64,000 nucleotides of DNA, from contig CAVVEU010000024.1 in NCBI GenBank assembly GCA_963747235.1, forward strand, positions 736,001 through 800,000, written 5' to 3'. Shown here piece after piece: positions 21,220 to 30,934 of the stretch. The stretch comes from an uncultured Candidatus Rokubacteria bacterium. GTDB taxonomy: Bacteria > Methylomirabilota > Methylomirabilia > Rokubacteriales > CSP1-6. Numbering within the stretch: position 1 is the first letter of the stretch; every line of letters begins with the position of its first letter. The notes beneath the pieces are model-generated. The model was not told the DNA's origin, made no database searches, and was given only the letters and a program-made list of their open reading frames with translations. Both the position numbers and the translations under genes were made by a program.

Positions 21220-21555
21220 ATGATCGATTTCGCATACGCGATGTCGCCATCGCCCGGCGGCGGCAACGGCGGCGGCATCATGTCCGTCCTCCCGCTGATG
21301 ATCGGCATGTTCGCCATCATGTACTTCCTGATCATCCGCCCCCAGCAGAAGCAGCGCCGAGAGCGGGAGAACCTCCTGCGGGCGATCAAGAAGGGCGATC
21401 GGGTCGTCACCAGCGGCGGGCTCTACGGCACCGTGGTGGGGTTGTCCGAGCACACCGTGACGCTCAAGGTGGCCGATCAGGTGAAGCTCGACTTCGAGCG
21501 CGGCTCCATCGGGCGCATCGTGCCCGCCGCGGGCGACAAGGAGTCGAGCGCCTAG
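21220..21555 (+). CDS. yajC: Preprotein translocase subunit YajC
   Basis: YFLIIRPQQK...KKGDRVVTSGGLYG. Confidence 0.93.
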   Translation: MIDFAYAMSPSPGGGNGGGIMSVLPLMIGMFAIMYFLIIRPQQKQRRERENLLRAIKKGDRVVTSGGLYGTVVGLSEHTVTLKVADQVKLDFERGSIGRIVPAAGDKESSA

Positions 21556-21556
21556 G

Positions 21557-23113
21557 ATGCGCCGTCAGCTCGGAGCCCGCATCGCCCTCGTCGTGGTCGT
21601 CATCGCGGTGTCGGTCTGGTACCTGTACCCGCCCGCCAAGACCATCAATCTAGGCCTCGACCTCCAGGGGGGCATCCATCTCGTCCTCGGCGTGGACGTG
21701 GACAAGGCCATCGAGGCGCAGGTCGAGCGGGCGGGGGACACCGCGAAGGCCGAGCTGGAGAAGCGCGGGATCGGGGTCACCCGGATCGAGCGGCGAGGCA
21801 CCAGCGAGCTCGTCCTCCAGCTCGGCTCCCCGCAGAGCTGGGACGCGGCGGTGAAGACGACCGACGAGGTCCTGGCCACCTTCGACCGGAAGGAAGCCGA
21901 TCAGGCCGCGGGCCGCATGGGGCTGGCGCTCAAGGCGAGCGAGGCCAAGCACATCCGCGAGCTGGCGGTGCGCCAGGGGCTCGAGACCATCCGCAACCGC
22001 ATCGATCAGTTCGGCGTCGCCGAGCCGTCTATCCAGCAGCAGGGTGAGAACCGCATCCTCGTGCAGCTCCCGGGCGTGCAGGATCCAGGGCGGGCCAAGG
22101 CCCTCATCGGCAAGACCGCGCTGCTCGAGTTCAAGATGGTGGACGAGCGCACCGACGCGGAGACCGCGCTGCGGACCGGGCCGCCGCCGGGCACCGAGGT
22201 CCTCTACCAGCGCCGGGTGGACAAGCAGACCCGCGAGGAGAAGAAGGTGCCGTTCCTCGTCCAGAAGAAGGCGGCGATCACCGGGCGCGATGTGACCACC
22301 GCGCGCGTCTCCATCGACCAGAACACGAGCGAGCCCTACGTCTCGGTGGACTTCAACGCCTCCGGCGCCCGCGCCTTCTCGGAGCTGACCGACGCCAACG
22401 TGGGCAAGCGCCTCGCGATCGTGCTCGACGGCAACGTCCACTCGGCCCCGCAGATCCGCGAGCGCATTCCCTCCGGACGGGCCCAGATCACGGGCGGCTT
22501 CTCCACGGACGAGGCCACCGACCTCGCCATCGTGCTGCGGGCGGGCGCGCTGCCCGCGCCGGTCCAGGTGCTCGAGGAGCGGACGGTCGGGCCCTCGCTG
22601 GGCGCCGACTCCATCCGCCAGGGCATGATCGCCATCTTCGCCTCCACCGCGCTGGTGTTCCTGTTCATGCTGATCTACTACCGCCTGTCCGGGGTCATCG
22701 CGGACGTGGCGCTGGGCCTCAACCTGCTGCTGCTGATGGCGACGATGGCGGGCTTCCACGCCACCCTGACCCTGCCCGGCATCGCGGGCATCGCGCTCAC
22801 CATCGGCATGGCGGTGGACACGAACATCCTGATCTTCGAGCGCATCCGGGAGGAGCTGCGGGCCGGCAAGACGGTGCGCGGGGCCATCGACGCGGGCTTC
22901 TCGCGCGCGTTCAAGACGGTCATCGACACCCACGTGACCGTGCTCGTGTCGGGCCTCATCCTCTTCCAGTTCGGGACCGGGCCGGTCAAGGGCTTCGCGG
23001 TGACCCTGATGATCGGCATCGCGGTCAGCCTGTTCACCGCCGTCTTCTTCACCCGGCTGCTCTTCGACCTGATCTACATGGGCCAGCGCAAGCGGGAGAC
23101 GCTGTCCATATGA
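21557..23113 (+). CDS. secD: Protein translocase subunit SecD
   Basis: LGLDLQGG, RIDQFGVAEP, LRAGALPAP, VGPSLG. Confidence 0.96.
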   Translation: MRRQLGARIALVVVVIAVSVWYLYPPAKTINLGLDLQGGIHLVLGVDVDKAIEAQVERAGDTAKAELEKRGIGVTRIERRGTSELVLQLGSPQSWDAAVKTTDEVLATFDRKEADQAAGRMGLALKASEAKHIRELAVRQGLETIRNRIDQFGVAEPSIQQQGENRILVQLPGVQDPGRAKALIGKTALLEFKMVDERTDAETALRTGPPPGTEVLYQRRVDKQTREEKKVPFLVQKKAAITGRDVTTARVSIDQNTSEPYVSVDFNASGARAFSELTDANVGKRLAIVLDGNVHSAPQIRERIPSGRAQITGGFSTDEATDLAIVLRAGALPAPVQVLEERTVGPSLGADSIRQGMIAIFASTALVFLFMLIYYRLSGVIADVALGLNLLLLMATMAGFHATLTLPGIAGIALTIGMAVDTNILIFERIREELRAGKTVRGAIDAGFSRAFKTVIDTHVTVLVSGLILFQFGTGPVKGFAVTLMIGIAVSLFTAVFFTRLLFDLIYMGQRKRETLSI

Positions 23114-24045
23114 TCGCGCTGTTCCGGGACTCCAACTTCGACTTCGTCGGCCGGCGGCGCTGGGCCTACGTCATCTCGATCCTCTTCATCCTGGCCGGGC
23201 TCGGCTCCATGGTGGCCAAGGGCGGCCTGCGCTACGGGATCGACTTCTCCGGCGGCACCCTGATCCAGGTGCGGTTCGAGAAGGCGGTCGCGGTGGACCG
23301 CATCCGGCACGCGCTCGAGACCGTGCAGATGGGCGAGAGCGTCATCCAGGAGTTCGGGGACACCCGCGAGTACCTGCTCCGCCTCCCCCTGGCCGCGCTC
23401 TCCTCCGAGGAGGTGACGCGGCGCACCCAGGAGGCCCTCTCCAAGGACCCCGAGCTGGGCAAGCACGAGGTCCGGCGGGTGGAGTTCGTGGGGCCCCAGG
23501 TGGGCAAGGACCTCCAGGTCCAGGCCATCTATGCGGTGCTCTGGAGCATGGCGGGCATCCTGGCCTATATCGCGATCCGGTTCGATCTGATGGGCGGGCT
23601 GGCCTCCGTGGCCGCCATCATCCACGACGTGCTGATCTGCCTGTCGGCCATGTCGCTGACCAACCGGGAGATGTCCCTCGCCATCCTGGCCGCCCTGCTC
23701 ACGATCATCGGCTACTCGGTCAACGACACCATCGTGGCCTATGACCGGGTGCGTGAGAACCGGGCCAAGAAGCGCCGGGGTGAGACCTTCGCGACCCAGA
23801 TCAACAACGCCATCAACCAGACCCTCTCCCGGACCGTCCTGACCGCCGTGACCGTCTTCTTCAGCACCGCCGTCCTGTACGTCTTCGGGGGCAAGGTCCT
23901 GGAGGACATGGCCTTCGTGCTCACCGTCGGGGTCGTCACGGGCACCTTCTCGACGATCTACATCGCGGCATCGCTGATCGTGGACTGGTCGAACTGGCGG
24001 GAGCGCGGGGTCGCCAAGAGGAAAAAAGCCGTAGCAAAAGCCTGA
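23110..24045 (+). CDS. secF: Protein translocase subunit SecF
   Basis: GIDFSGG, VGPQVG, IGYSVNDTIV.YDRVRE. Confidence 0.96.
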   Translation: MIALFRDSNFDFVGRRRWAYVISILFILAGLGSMVAKGGLRYGIDFSGGTLIQVRFEKAVAVDRIRHALETVQMGESVIQEFGDTREYLLRLPLAALSSEEVTRRTQEALSKDPELGKHEVRRVEFVGPQVGKDLQVQAIYAVLWSMAGILAYIAIRFDLMGGLASVAAIIHDVLICLSAMSLTNREMSLAILAALLTIIGYSVNDTIVAYDRVRENRAKKRRGETFATQINNAINQTLSRTVLTAVTVFFSTAVLYVFGGKVLEDMAFVLTVGVVTGTFSTIYIAASLIVDWSNWRERGVAKRKKAVAKA

Positions 24046-24087
24046 TTTTAGTGGCAAAATTGGTGGTCAACCTGGGGAGGGTAACGG

Positions 24088-26238
24088 TTGACCCAACTGC
24101 AGACGTTGATCGAGGAGATCCCCAAGTACCAGCCTGCCGCCAATCTGGATCTCCTGGAGCGCGCCTACCGATTCTCTGAACGCTCCCACCTGGGCCAGCA
24201 GCGCGCCTCCGGCGAGCCCTATCTCTCCCACCCCCTCGAGGTCGCCGGCCTCCTCGTCAACTTCAAGATGGACGTGACCACGGTCACGGCCGGCCTCCTT
24301 CACGACGTCCTGGAAGACACCAAGGCCACCAAGGGGGACCTCCAGCGCGAGTTCGGTACCGAGATCGCCGACCTGGTGGATGGGGTGACCAAGATCGGCA
24401 AGCTGGCCTTCTCCTCCCGGGAAGAGCGCCAGGCCGAGAACTTCCGCAAGATGCTGGTGGCCATGGCGCGCGACCTCCGCGTGCTCATGATCAAGCTGGC
24501 CGACCGGTTGCACAACATGCGGACGCTGCAGTACCTGCCCACGGACAAGGCCCGGAAGATCGCCCAGGAGACCCTCGACATCTACGCCCCCCTGGCCCAC
24601 CGGCTCGGGATGGCCAAGGTCAAGGCGGAGCTGGAGGACCTGGCCCTCCGGGTCCTGCAGCCGGACGACTACCAGGAGCTGATGCGGCGCGTCGCCAAGC
24701 GGCGGCTCGAGCGCGAGGCGGAGATCAACCACCTGATCACGCTGCTCCACGAGAAGCTGGGCGAGGTGGGGATCGGGTCCAAGATCGCGGGCCGTCCGAA
24801 GCACTTCTACTCGATCTGGAAAAAGATGCACGAGGGCGGGCGCGAGTTCGACGAGATCTACGACCTCACCGCGGTCCGCGTCCTGACCAACACCGTCCGC
24901 GACTGCTACGGCGCCCTGGGGGTCGTGCACTCGCTGTGGAAGCCGGTGCCCGGCCGCTTCAAGGACTTCATCGCGATGCCCAAGGTCAACATGTACCAGT
25001 CGCTGCACACGACGGTCATCGGCCCCAAGGGCGACCCGGTGGAGATCCAGATCCGCACCGGGGAGATGCACCGGATCGCCGAGGAAGGCATCGCGGCCCA
25101 CTGGCTCTACAAGGAGAAGCGGAGCGACCGCGACAAGTTCGACGACGCCTTCACCTGGCTGCGCCAGCTCCTGGAGTCGCAGAACGAGACGAGCGACCCC
25201 AAGGAGTTCCTCGACAGCGTCCGCCTCGACCTGTTCCCGGACGAGGTGTATGTCTTCACCCCGCGCGGGGACGTGAAGGCGCTGCCGGAGGGGGCGACGC
25301 CGGTGGACTTCGCCTACACCGTGCACACCGACGTCGGCCACCACTGCGTCGGCGCCAAGGTGAACGGCAAGCTGGTCCCGCTCCGCTACACGCTCCACCA
25401 GGGCGACATCGTCGAGATCGTGACGTCGCCCACCCAGCATCCGAGCCGCGACTGGCTCAAGATCGTCAAGTCGAACCGCGCCCGCGCCAAGATCAACCAG
25501 TGGCTGAAGATCGAGGAGCGCGCTCGTTCGCTCACCCTCGGCCGGGAGTTCTTCGACCGTGAGGCGCGGAAGTACCGGCTGGCGCCCGCCACCCTGCTCG
25601 CTTCCGACGAGATGAAGAAGCTCATCGTCGAGCTGGGGTTCCCGACGGTGGACGACCTGCTGGCCTCGATCGGCTACGGGAAGACCTCGATCCAGCAGGT
25701 GCTGGGCCGGGTGGCTCCGTCTCCGCCCGCCGACAGCGAGGCCCCCGCCGAGACCAAGCCGGCCCGCCCGGCCCGACGGGCCGACGGCCCCGCGGTCCGG
25801 ATCCGGGGCGTGGACGACCTGCTCGTCCGCTTCGGGAAGTGCTGCTCCCCGGTGCCCGGCGACGGCATCGTGGGCTTCATCACGCGGGGGCGCGGCCTGA
25901 CCGTCCACGCCCGCGACTGCCTCACGGTGGTCAAGAATGTGCTGGAGAAGGAGCGGCTGGTGGCGGTGGAGTGGGAGGCGGGGGAGCCGACCAAGCGGCC
26001 GGTGCGGATCGCGGTCTACATCGGGCGGGACCGCCCGGGCTTGCTGGCCGAGATCACCAGCGCCATCTCCTCGCGCCAGGGCAACATCATCAAGGCCGAG
26101 ATCACCGTGACCGAGGATCGCAAGGGCCTCAACCACTTCGTGGTGGAGGTGGACGACCTGCGCCAGCTCCAGGACATCATGCAGGCCATCCGCGAGGTGA
26201 AGGACATCGCCAACGTCGAGCGGGTCCGAGGGGTCTAG
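24088..26238 (+). CDS. relA: Bifunctional (p)ppGpp synthetase/hydrolase Rel/SpoT
   Basis: HDVLED hydrolase motif, IKLADRLHNMRT, synthetase, TGS and ACT domains. Confidence 0.96.
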   Translation: MTQLQTLIEEIPKYQPAANLDLLERAYRFSERSHLGQQRASGEPYLSHPLEVAGLLVNFKMDVTTVTAGLLHDVLEDTKATKGDLQREFGTEIADLVDGVTKIGKLAFSSREERQAENFRKMLVAMARDLRVLMIKLADRLHNMRTLQYLPTDKARKIAQETLDIYAPLAHRLGMAKVKAELEDLALRVLQPDDYQELMRRVAKRRLEREAEINHLITLLHEKLGEVGIGSKIAGRPKHFYSIWKKMHEGGREFDEIYDLTAVRVLTNTVRDCYGALGVVHSLWKPVPGRFKDFIAMPKVNMYQSLHTTVIGPKGDPVEIQIRTGEMHRIAEEGIAAHWLYKEKRSDRDKFDDAFTWLRQLLESQNETSDPKEFLDSVRLDLFPDEVYVFTPRGDVKALPEGATPVDFAYTVHTDVGHHCVGAKVNGKLVPLRYTLHQGDIVEIVTSPTQHPSRDWLKIVKSNRARAKINQWLKIEERARSLTLGREFFDREARKYRLAPATLLASDEMKKLIVELGFPTVDDLLASIGYGKTSIQQVLGRVAPSPPADSEAPAETKPARPARRADGPAVRIRGVDDLLVRFGKCCSPVPGDGIVGFITRGRGLTVHARDCLTVVKNVLEKERLVAVEWEAGEPTKRPVRIAVYIGRDRPGLLAEITSAISSRQGNIIKAEITVTEDRKGLNHFVVEVDDLRQLQDIMQAIREVKDIANVERVRGV

Positions 26239-26258
26239 CACCCCGAGCAGTCGCCCAG

Positions 26259-26627
26259 ATGACCCGCCGGCAGTTCGAAGCGCTCGTCGATTCCGCCCTC
26301 CGCAAGCTGCCCCGCGCCTTCCGCGACAAGCTGGCCAATATCGCCGTCGTGGTCGAGGACTGGGCCGACGACGAGACGCTCGCCGAGATGGGCATCGAGC
26401 CCCCGGACACCCTCTACGGGCTCTACCGGGGCATCGACATCACGCGCCGGGACTCCTCCTACGGCAATGTCCTGCCCGACACCATCCACATCTACCAGGG
26501 GCCCATCGAAGAGGACTGCGAGGATCCGGAGGAAATGGCTGATCTCGTCCGTGACGTCGTGGTCCACGAGGTCGGCCACTACTTCGGGCTCGACGACGAG
26601 ACCATGGATGGAATCGAAGGGCATTGA
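26259..26627 (+). CDS. Zincin-like metallopeptidase family protein
   Basis: LYGLYRG, LPDTIHIYQ, HEVGHYFG (HEXXH). Confidence 0.85.
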   Translation: MTRRQFEALVDSALRKLPRAFRDKLANIAVVVEDWADDETLAEMGIEPPDTLYGLYRGIDITRRDSSYGNVLPDTIHIYQGPIEEDCEDPEEMADLVRDVVVHEVGHYFGLDDETMDGIEGH

Positions 26628-26634
26628 ATTTTGC

Positions 26635-26698
26635 TTGACAGGATTTTCATTTGTTCATATGGTTTCAGCATACGCTGAAAATGACGGAACAAGTGAAA
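26635..26698 (+). promoter_or_regulatory. Promoter (TTGACA) overlapped by a nested inverted-repeat operator
   Basis: TTGACA 26635-26640; TTTCATTTGTTC(26645-56)...TTTCAGC-ATAC-GCTGAAA...GAACAAGTGAAA(26687-98). Confidence 0.7.
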
Positions 26699-26712
26699 GT
26701 GGACGTGAAGGA

Positions 26713-27759
26713 ATGGCGAAAGCAGACGATATCAAGACCCTGGCAGCGCAGCGGGTGCGCGAACTGATGTCAAAAGCCAGCGGGTGGGAGCAATCTGTCG
26801 ACGTGAAGATAGGCGGTCAAACCGCTGATCTGGTTATGAAATTCAAGATGGGCGGTACGCCCCACACCCTCGCAATTGGTGTCACTTCGCTCGGCCAGCC
26901 CCGGCAGATCCGCGAGGCCGTGACCAGGCTGTTGGAGATCCGCAAGGACATGCCGGAAGCGTATCCGGTGGCGGTGTCCCCGTACATCAGCCCCCAGAGC
27001 GCCTCCCTCATCAAGCGGAGCGGGCTGGGGTATCTGGACCTGTCCGGCAATTGCTACCTGAGCTTCGAGAACGTGCTGATCGAGAAAGAGGGCAAGCCGA
27101 ACCTCCGGCCCTCCAACCGGCCCCTGAAGTCCCTGTTCGCCCCCCGGGCCACCCGGGTCGTCAGGGTGATGCTGGTAGACCCCCAGCATGCCTGGCGGCT
27201 CGAAGAGCTGGCCAAGGCCGCGGACGTGAGCCTGGGCCATGCCCACAACGTGGTGAAGCGGCTGGAGGAGCTGTCCTGGGTGGAGCGGAATGGCCAGCAG
27301 CGCATCCAGGTCACCCGGGCGGGGGAGCTGCTGGACGCCTGGGTGGAGGCCTATTCGTATCGGCAGAACGACGTCCAGGCCTACTTCTCCCCGGAGCGGA
27401 TCACCCGCGGGCTGGTGGCGGAGCTGGGTCGGGCGGCCCACGAGGCACACCGGCGGTACGCGTTCACGCTCCATTCGGGCGCCGCGCTGGTGGCCCCGAA
27501 CGTCCGCTTCCCGGCCATTCACTGCTATCTCGAGGGCGACCCCGAGCCGGTGGCCCGGACGCTGGGGCTACGGCCGGGCGAGGGGGAGGGGAACGTCTAC
27601 CTGCTCTCCCCGTACGACCAGGGCGTCTTCTACGCCCCGCTGGCGAAGGGGGGGCTCCCGGTCGTCTGCCTGCCCCAGCTCTACGCCGACCTCTATCACT
27701 ACGAGCGCCGGGGGCGGGATCAGGCCGCCCATCTGCGGCGCGAAGCGATGGGTTACTGA
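26713..27759 (+). CDS. Type IV TA antitoxin-like (AbiEi family) winged-helix protein
   Basis: YLDLSGNCYL, central wHTH (ELAKAADVSLGHAHNVVKRLEE), LLDAW..Y, C-terminal PQLYADL..ERRGRDQAAHL. Confidence 0.7.
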   Translation: MAKADDIKTLAAQRVRELMSKASGWEQSVDVKIGGQTADLVMKFKMGGTPHTLAIGVTSLGQPRQIREAVTRLLEIRKDMPEAYPVAVSPYISPQSASLIKRSGLGYLDLSGNCYLSFENVLIEKEGKPNLRPSNRPLKSLFAPRATRVVRVMLVDPQHAWRLEELAKAADVSLGHAHNVVKRLEELSWVERNGQQRIQVTRAGELLDAWVEAYSYRQNDVQAYFSPERITRGLVAELGRAAHEAHRRYAFTLHSGAALVAPNVRFPAIHCYLEGDPEPVARTLGLRPGEGEGNVYLLSPYDQGVFYAPLAKGGLPVVCLPQLYADLYHYERRGRDQAAHLRREAMGY

Positions 27760-27789
27760 GTCTCCGACCGGAGGGAGGTGAGACCTCAC

Positions 27790-27861
27790 ATGCCGAAGCG
27801 CAAGAAGGCGGTCAAGAAGGGTGGCAAGAAGAAGGCCACCAAGAAGGGTAAGAGGAAGTAG
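27790..27861 (+). CDS. 23-aa Lys-rich micropeptide MPKRKKAVKKGGKKKATKKGKRK
   Basis: Strong SD GGGAGGTGA 8 nt upstream; ATG...TAG; Lys encoded only by AAG. Confidence 0.65.
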   Translation: MPKRKKAVKKGGKKKATKKGKRK

Positions 27862-27905
27862 CGAAGCGTGACGTCATTCCTCAACGAAAGGAGGTGACGA
27901 CCCTC

Positions 27906-27947
27906 ATGGCGAAGAAGAAGAAGGCGGCCAAGAAGAAGAAGAAGTAG
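27906..27947 (+). CDS. 13-aa Lys-rich micropeptide MAKKKKAAKKKKK
   Basis: Perfect SD AAAGGAGGTGA at 27887-27897; ATG...TAG. Confidence 0.6.
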   Translation: MAKKKKAAKKKKK

Positions 27948-28020
27948 GTGTGCTGTAGTCGTGCGGTGGGGGGTGGCGGCCTCCCACCGGGACTCATTCT
28001 GAAGCTAAGCGTCAGAGTAC

Positions 28021-28054
28021 GGCGGGGGGTGGCGACACCCCCCGCCCTCTTTTT
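28021..28054 (+). terminator. Rho-independent terminator
   Basis: GGCGGGGGGTG-GCGA-CACCCCCCGCC followed by CTCTTTTT; lies between convergent units. Confidence 0.75.
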
Positions 28055-28062
28055 CTACCGAG

Positions 28063-28254
28063 CTAGACGACCTTGACGACCTTGCCGGCCTTCAGGCAGC
28101 GCGTGCAGACGCGCATGCGCTGCACCCGGCCCTTGACCATGGCGCGCATCGAGACCAGATTCGGAAGCCACCGCCTCTTGGTCACGTTGTGGGCGTGGCT
28201 GATCTTGTGACCGACGGCCGGACCCTTCCCGCAGACATCACAGCTTCGAGCCAT
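28063..28254 (-). CDS. rpmB: 50S ribosomal protein L28
   Basis: [10 protein letters not shown]...[15 protein letters not shown]...CTRCLK. Confidence 0.96.
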   Translation of the reverse strand: MARSCDVCGKGPAVGHKISHAHNVTKRRWLPNLVSMRAMVKGRVQRMRVCTRCLKAGKVVKVV

Positions 28255-28343
28255 GCTTGATCCCCTGCCGATCCCTAGATCTGAGTGTGGTTTGCTGGAT
28301 GCGGCGACCTTTTATAGCATGAGGGCTGGCATGAGGCAAACCG

Positions 28344-30491
28344 TTGGCCCCGAGTAAGCCGGCCGGCGCCCCGAGCAGCGCGGGGGCGCCCGCGACGCAT
28401 CCGCTTGCCACGCCGCTCCAGTTCCTCAAGGGCGTCGGGCCCGGGCGGGCCAAGCTCCTCGCCAACCTGGGCCTGCAGACCGTGGAGGACGCGCTCTATT
28501 ACCTCCCGGTCCGCCACGAGGACCGGAGCCAGCTCACCCCGCTCCGGAGCCTCAAGCCCGACGACGTGACCACGGTGACGGGGACCATCCGGGCGATCAG
28601 CCCGCCGCCCCGGAACCGTCCGCGGGTGCCGCTGTCGGTGCTGCTGAGCGACGGCACCGGCTTCCTCACCTGCGTCTGGTTCGGCCAGGCGTATCTCGAG
28701 CGGCTCTTCCAGCGCGGACAGCGTCTCATCGTCCACGGCAAGGCGCAGCGCTACCGCTCGGGGCCGCTGCAGATGAACGTGAAGGACTACGAGGTCGTCG
28801 AGGACGATCCGGCCGAGGGCGCGGGGGATCCGTCCGACGAGACGCTCCACACCGGCCGCCTGGTGCCGGTCTACGGGCTGACCCGCGGCCTCACCGCGCG
28901 GCCGATGCGCTCGCTGATGAAGCGCCTGGTGGACGGCTACGTGGACGGCCTGGATGATCCGCTGCCCGACGCGCTGCGGGCGAAGCACCGGCTCGTGCCG
29001 CTGCCCGAGGCCCTGCGCGCCGGCCACTTCCCGAAGGCGGACAGCGACTACGCGAGCGCGCGGCGGCGGCTGGTCTACGACGAGTTCCTGCTGCTCCAGC
29101 TCGGGCTCGCGATCCGCCGGCAGCGCCAGGGCCGCCAGCCCGGGCTCGCGATGAATCCGCCCGGCGCGCTCGCCCGGCGCCTCCTCGGCTCGCTCCCGTT
29201 CGCGCTGACGGAGGCGCAGGAGCGCGTGTGGCGCGAGATCCGGCAGGACATGGCCGAGCCCTACCCGATGAACCGGCTCATCCAGGGCGACGTGGGCTCG
29301 GGCAAGACGGTGGTGGCCGCCCTCGCGATCCTCACCGCGGTGGAGGCCGGCTACCAGGCCGCCCTCATGGCGCCGACCGAGATCCTGGCCGAGCAGCACC
29401 TCATGACGCTGACCCAGCTCCTCGGGCCGCTCGACGTGGAGGTGGCGCTCCTGACCAACGCGGTGAAGGGCAAGGCGCGCGAGCGGGTGCTCGCGGCCGC
29501 CGCGGCGGGCGAGATCCGCTGCATGATCGGCACGCACGCGCTGGTCCAGGACACCGTGAAGTTTCACCGGCTCGGCCTGGCCGTGGTCGACGAGCAGCAC
29601 CGGTTCGGCGTGCACCAGCGCGCGACGCTCAGGCGCAAGGGCGAGAGCCCGGACGTGCTGGTGATGACCGCCACCCCGATCCCGCGCACGCTCGCGCTGA
29701 CGCTGTACGGCGATCTCGAGGTCTCGGTGATCGACCAGCTCCCGCCCGGGCGCAAGCCGGTGCTCACGCGGGCGCGTCCCGGCTCGGCCCGCGGGAAGAT
29801 CTACCGGTTCCTGCGCGAGCAGGTGAACGACGGCCGCCAGGTCTACGTGGTCTGCCCGCTGGTGGAGGAGTCGGAGGCCCTCGATCTGCAGGCCGCGACC
29901 GAGATGGCGGAGCGCCTGCAGCGCGAGGTCTTCGCCGATCTCGCGATCGGCCTGCTGCACGGGCGCATGCCCTTCGCCGAGAAGGATCGCGTGATGCGCG
30001 AGTTCAAGGCGGGCGCGATCCACATCCTGGTGTCCACCACCGTGATCGAGGTCGGCATCGACGTGCCCAACGCCTCGGTGATGGTGGTGGAGCACGCCGA
30101 GCGCTTCGGCCTCTCCCAGCTCCACCAGCTCCGCGGGCGCGTCGGGCGCGGCCCGTGGAAGAGCTACTGCATCCTGCTCTCGGGCGCCTCGTCGGAGGAC
30201 GCCAAGCGGCGGCTCGAGGCGATGACCGCCACCAATGACGGCTTCAAGATCGCGGAGGCGGACCTGTCGCTCCGGGGGCCGGGCGATTTCTTCGGCACGC
30301 GCCAGTCGGGCCTGCCCGAGTTCCGCGTCGCCGATCTGCTCCGCGACGCGGCGGCGCTCGAAGCGGCGCGGCGCGACGCGGTGGCGCTGATCCGCGAGGA
30401 TCCCAATCTGCTCGCGCCGCCGCACCGGGCCCTGCGGGCCGCGCTGCTCCAGCGCTGGCGGGGCAAGCTCGACCTGGCCGGGGTCGGCTGA
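28344..30491 (+). CDS. recG: ATP-dependent DNA helicase RecG
   Basis: QGDVGSGKT, DEQHRFGV, MTATPIPRTL, QLHQLRGRVGRG. Confidence 0.96.
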   Translation: MAPSKPAGAPSSAGAPATHPLATPLQFLKGVGPGRAKLLANLGLQTVEDALYYLPVRHEDRSQLTPLRSLKPDDVTTVTGTIRAISPPPRNRPRVPLSVLLSDGTGFLTCVWFGQAYLERLFQRGQRLIVHGKAQRYRSGPLQMNVKDYEVVEDDPAEGAGDPSDETLHTGRLVPVYGLTRGLTARPMRSLMKRLVDGYVDGLDDPLPDALRAKHRLVPLPEALRAGHFPKADSDYASARRRLVYDEFLLLQLGLAIRRQRQGRQPGLAMNPPGALARRLLGSLPFALTEAQERVWREIRQDMAEPYPMNRLIQGDVGSGKTVVAALAILTAVEAGYQAALMAPTEILAEQHLMTLTQLLGPLDVEVALLTNAVKGKARERVLAAAAAGEIRCMIGTHALVQDTVKFHRLGLAVVDEQHRFGVHQRATLRRKGESPDVLVMTATPIPRTLALTLYGDLEVSVIDQLPPGRKPVLTRARPGSARGKIYRFLREQVNDGRQVYVVCPLVEESEALDLQAATEMAERLQREVFADLAIGLLHGRMPFAEKDRVMREFKAGAIHILVSTTVIEVGIDVPNASVMVVEHAERFGLSQLHQLRGRVGRGPWKSYCILLSGASSEDAKRRLEAMTATNDGFKIAEADLSLRGPGDFFGTRQSGLPEFRVADLLRDAAALEAARRDAVALIREDPNLLAPPHRALRAALLQRWRGKLDLAGVG

Positions 30492-30934
30492 TGCGCGGCC
30501 ACGCGCGGTGGGCCCTGGTCGGCGCGCTCGTGCTGGGCGCGATGGGCGCGCCGCCCCCGGCGGCGAGCCAGAACAGCGTCGAGCTGGCCCGGGCCCGCCA
30601 GGCGCTCGAAGACTACTTCACGTGCGAGCGCACGCAGCGCTTCGCGCCGTGCTGGCCGCGCCTGTCGAAGCGGGTGCAGGCCGAGTGGGCCCGGCAGGGG
30701 CGGGGATCCGTCGCCGAGTACGCGGAGTCGCGGGCGGCCGCCGAGCCGCGGTACGCCGACTTCCGGGTGCAGCAGATCCGGCGCAGTCCGTCGCGCGTGG
30801 TGTTCCTGGTCGAGGCCACCCGAGCCGCGGAGCGAGACGGAGTGCCCGATCGCGTCGAGTACGCGGTGTTGCGCGAGGGCGAGCAGTGGAAGATCGACGG
30901 GCGGCGCGTGGGCCAGTCGGAGACGACGCCGTGA
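30491..30934 (+). CDS. Hypothetical exported protein
   Basis: Signal peptide; translationally coupled to recG and rsmD; EQWKID C-terminal motif of NTF2-like folds. Confidence 0.6.
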   Translation: MRGHARWALVGALVLGAMGAPPPAASQNSVELARARQALEDYFTCERTQRFAPCWPRLSKRVQAEWARQGRGSVAEYAESRAAAEPRYADFRVQQIRRSPSRVVFLVEATRAAERDGVPDRVEYAVLREGEQWKIDGRRVGQSETTP

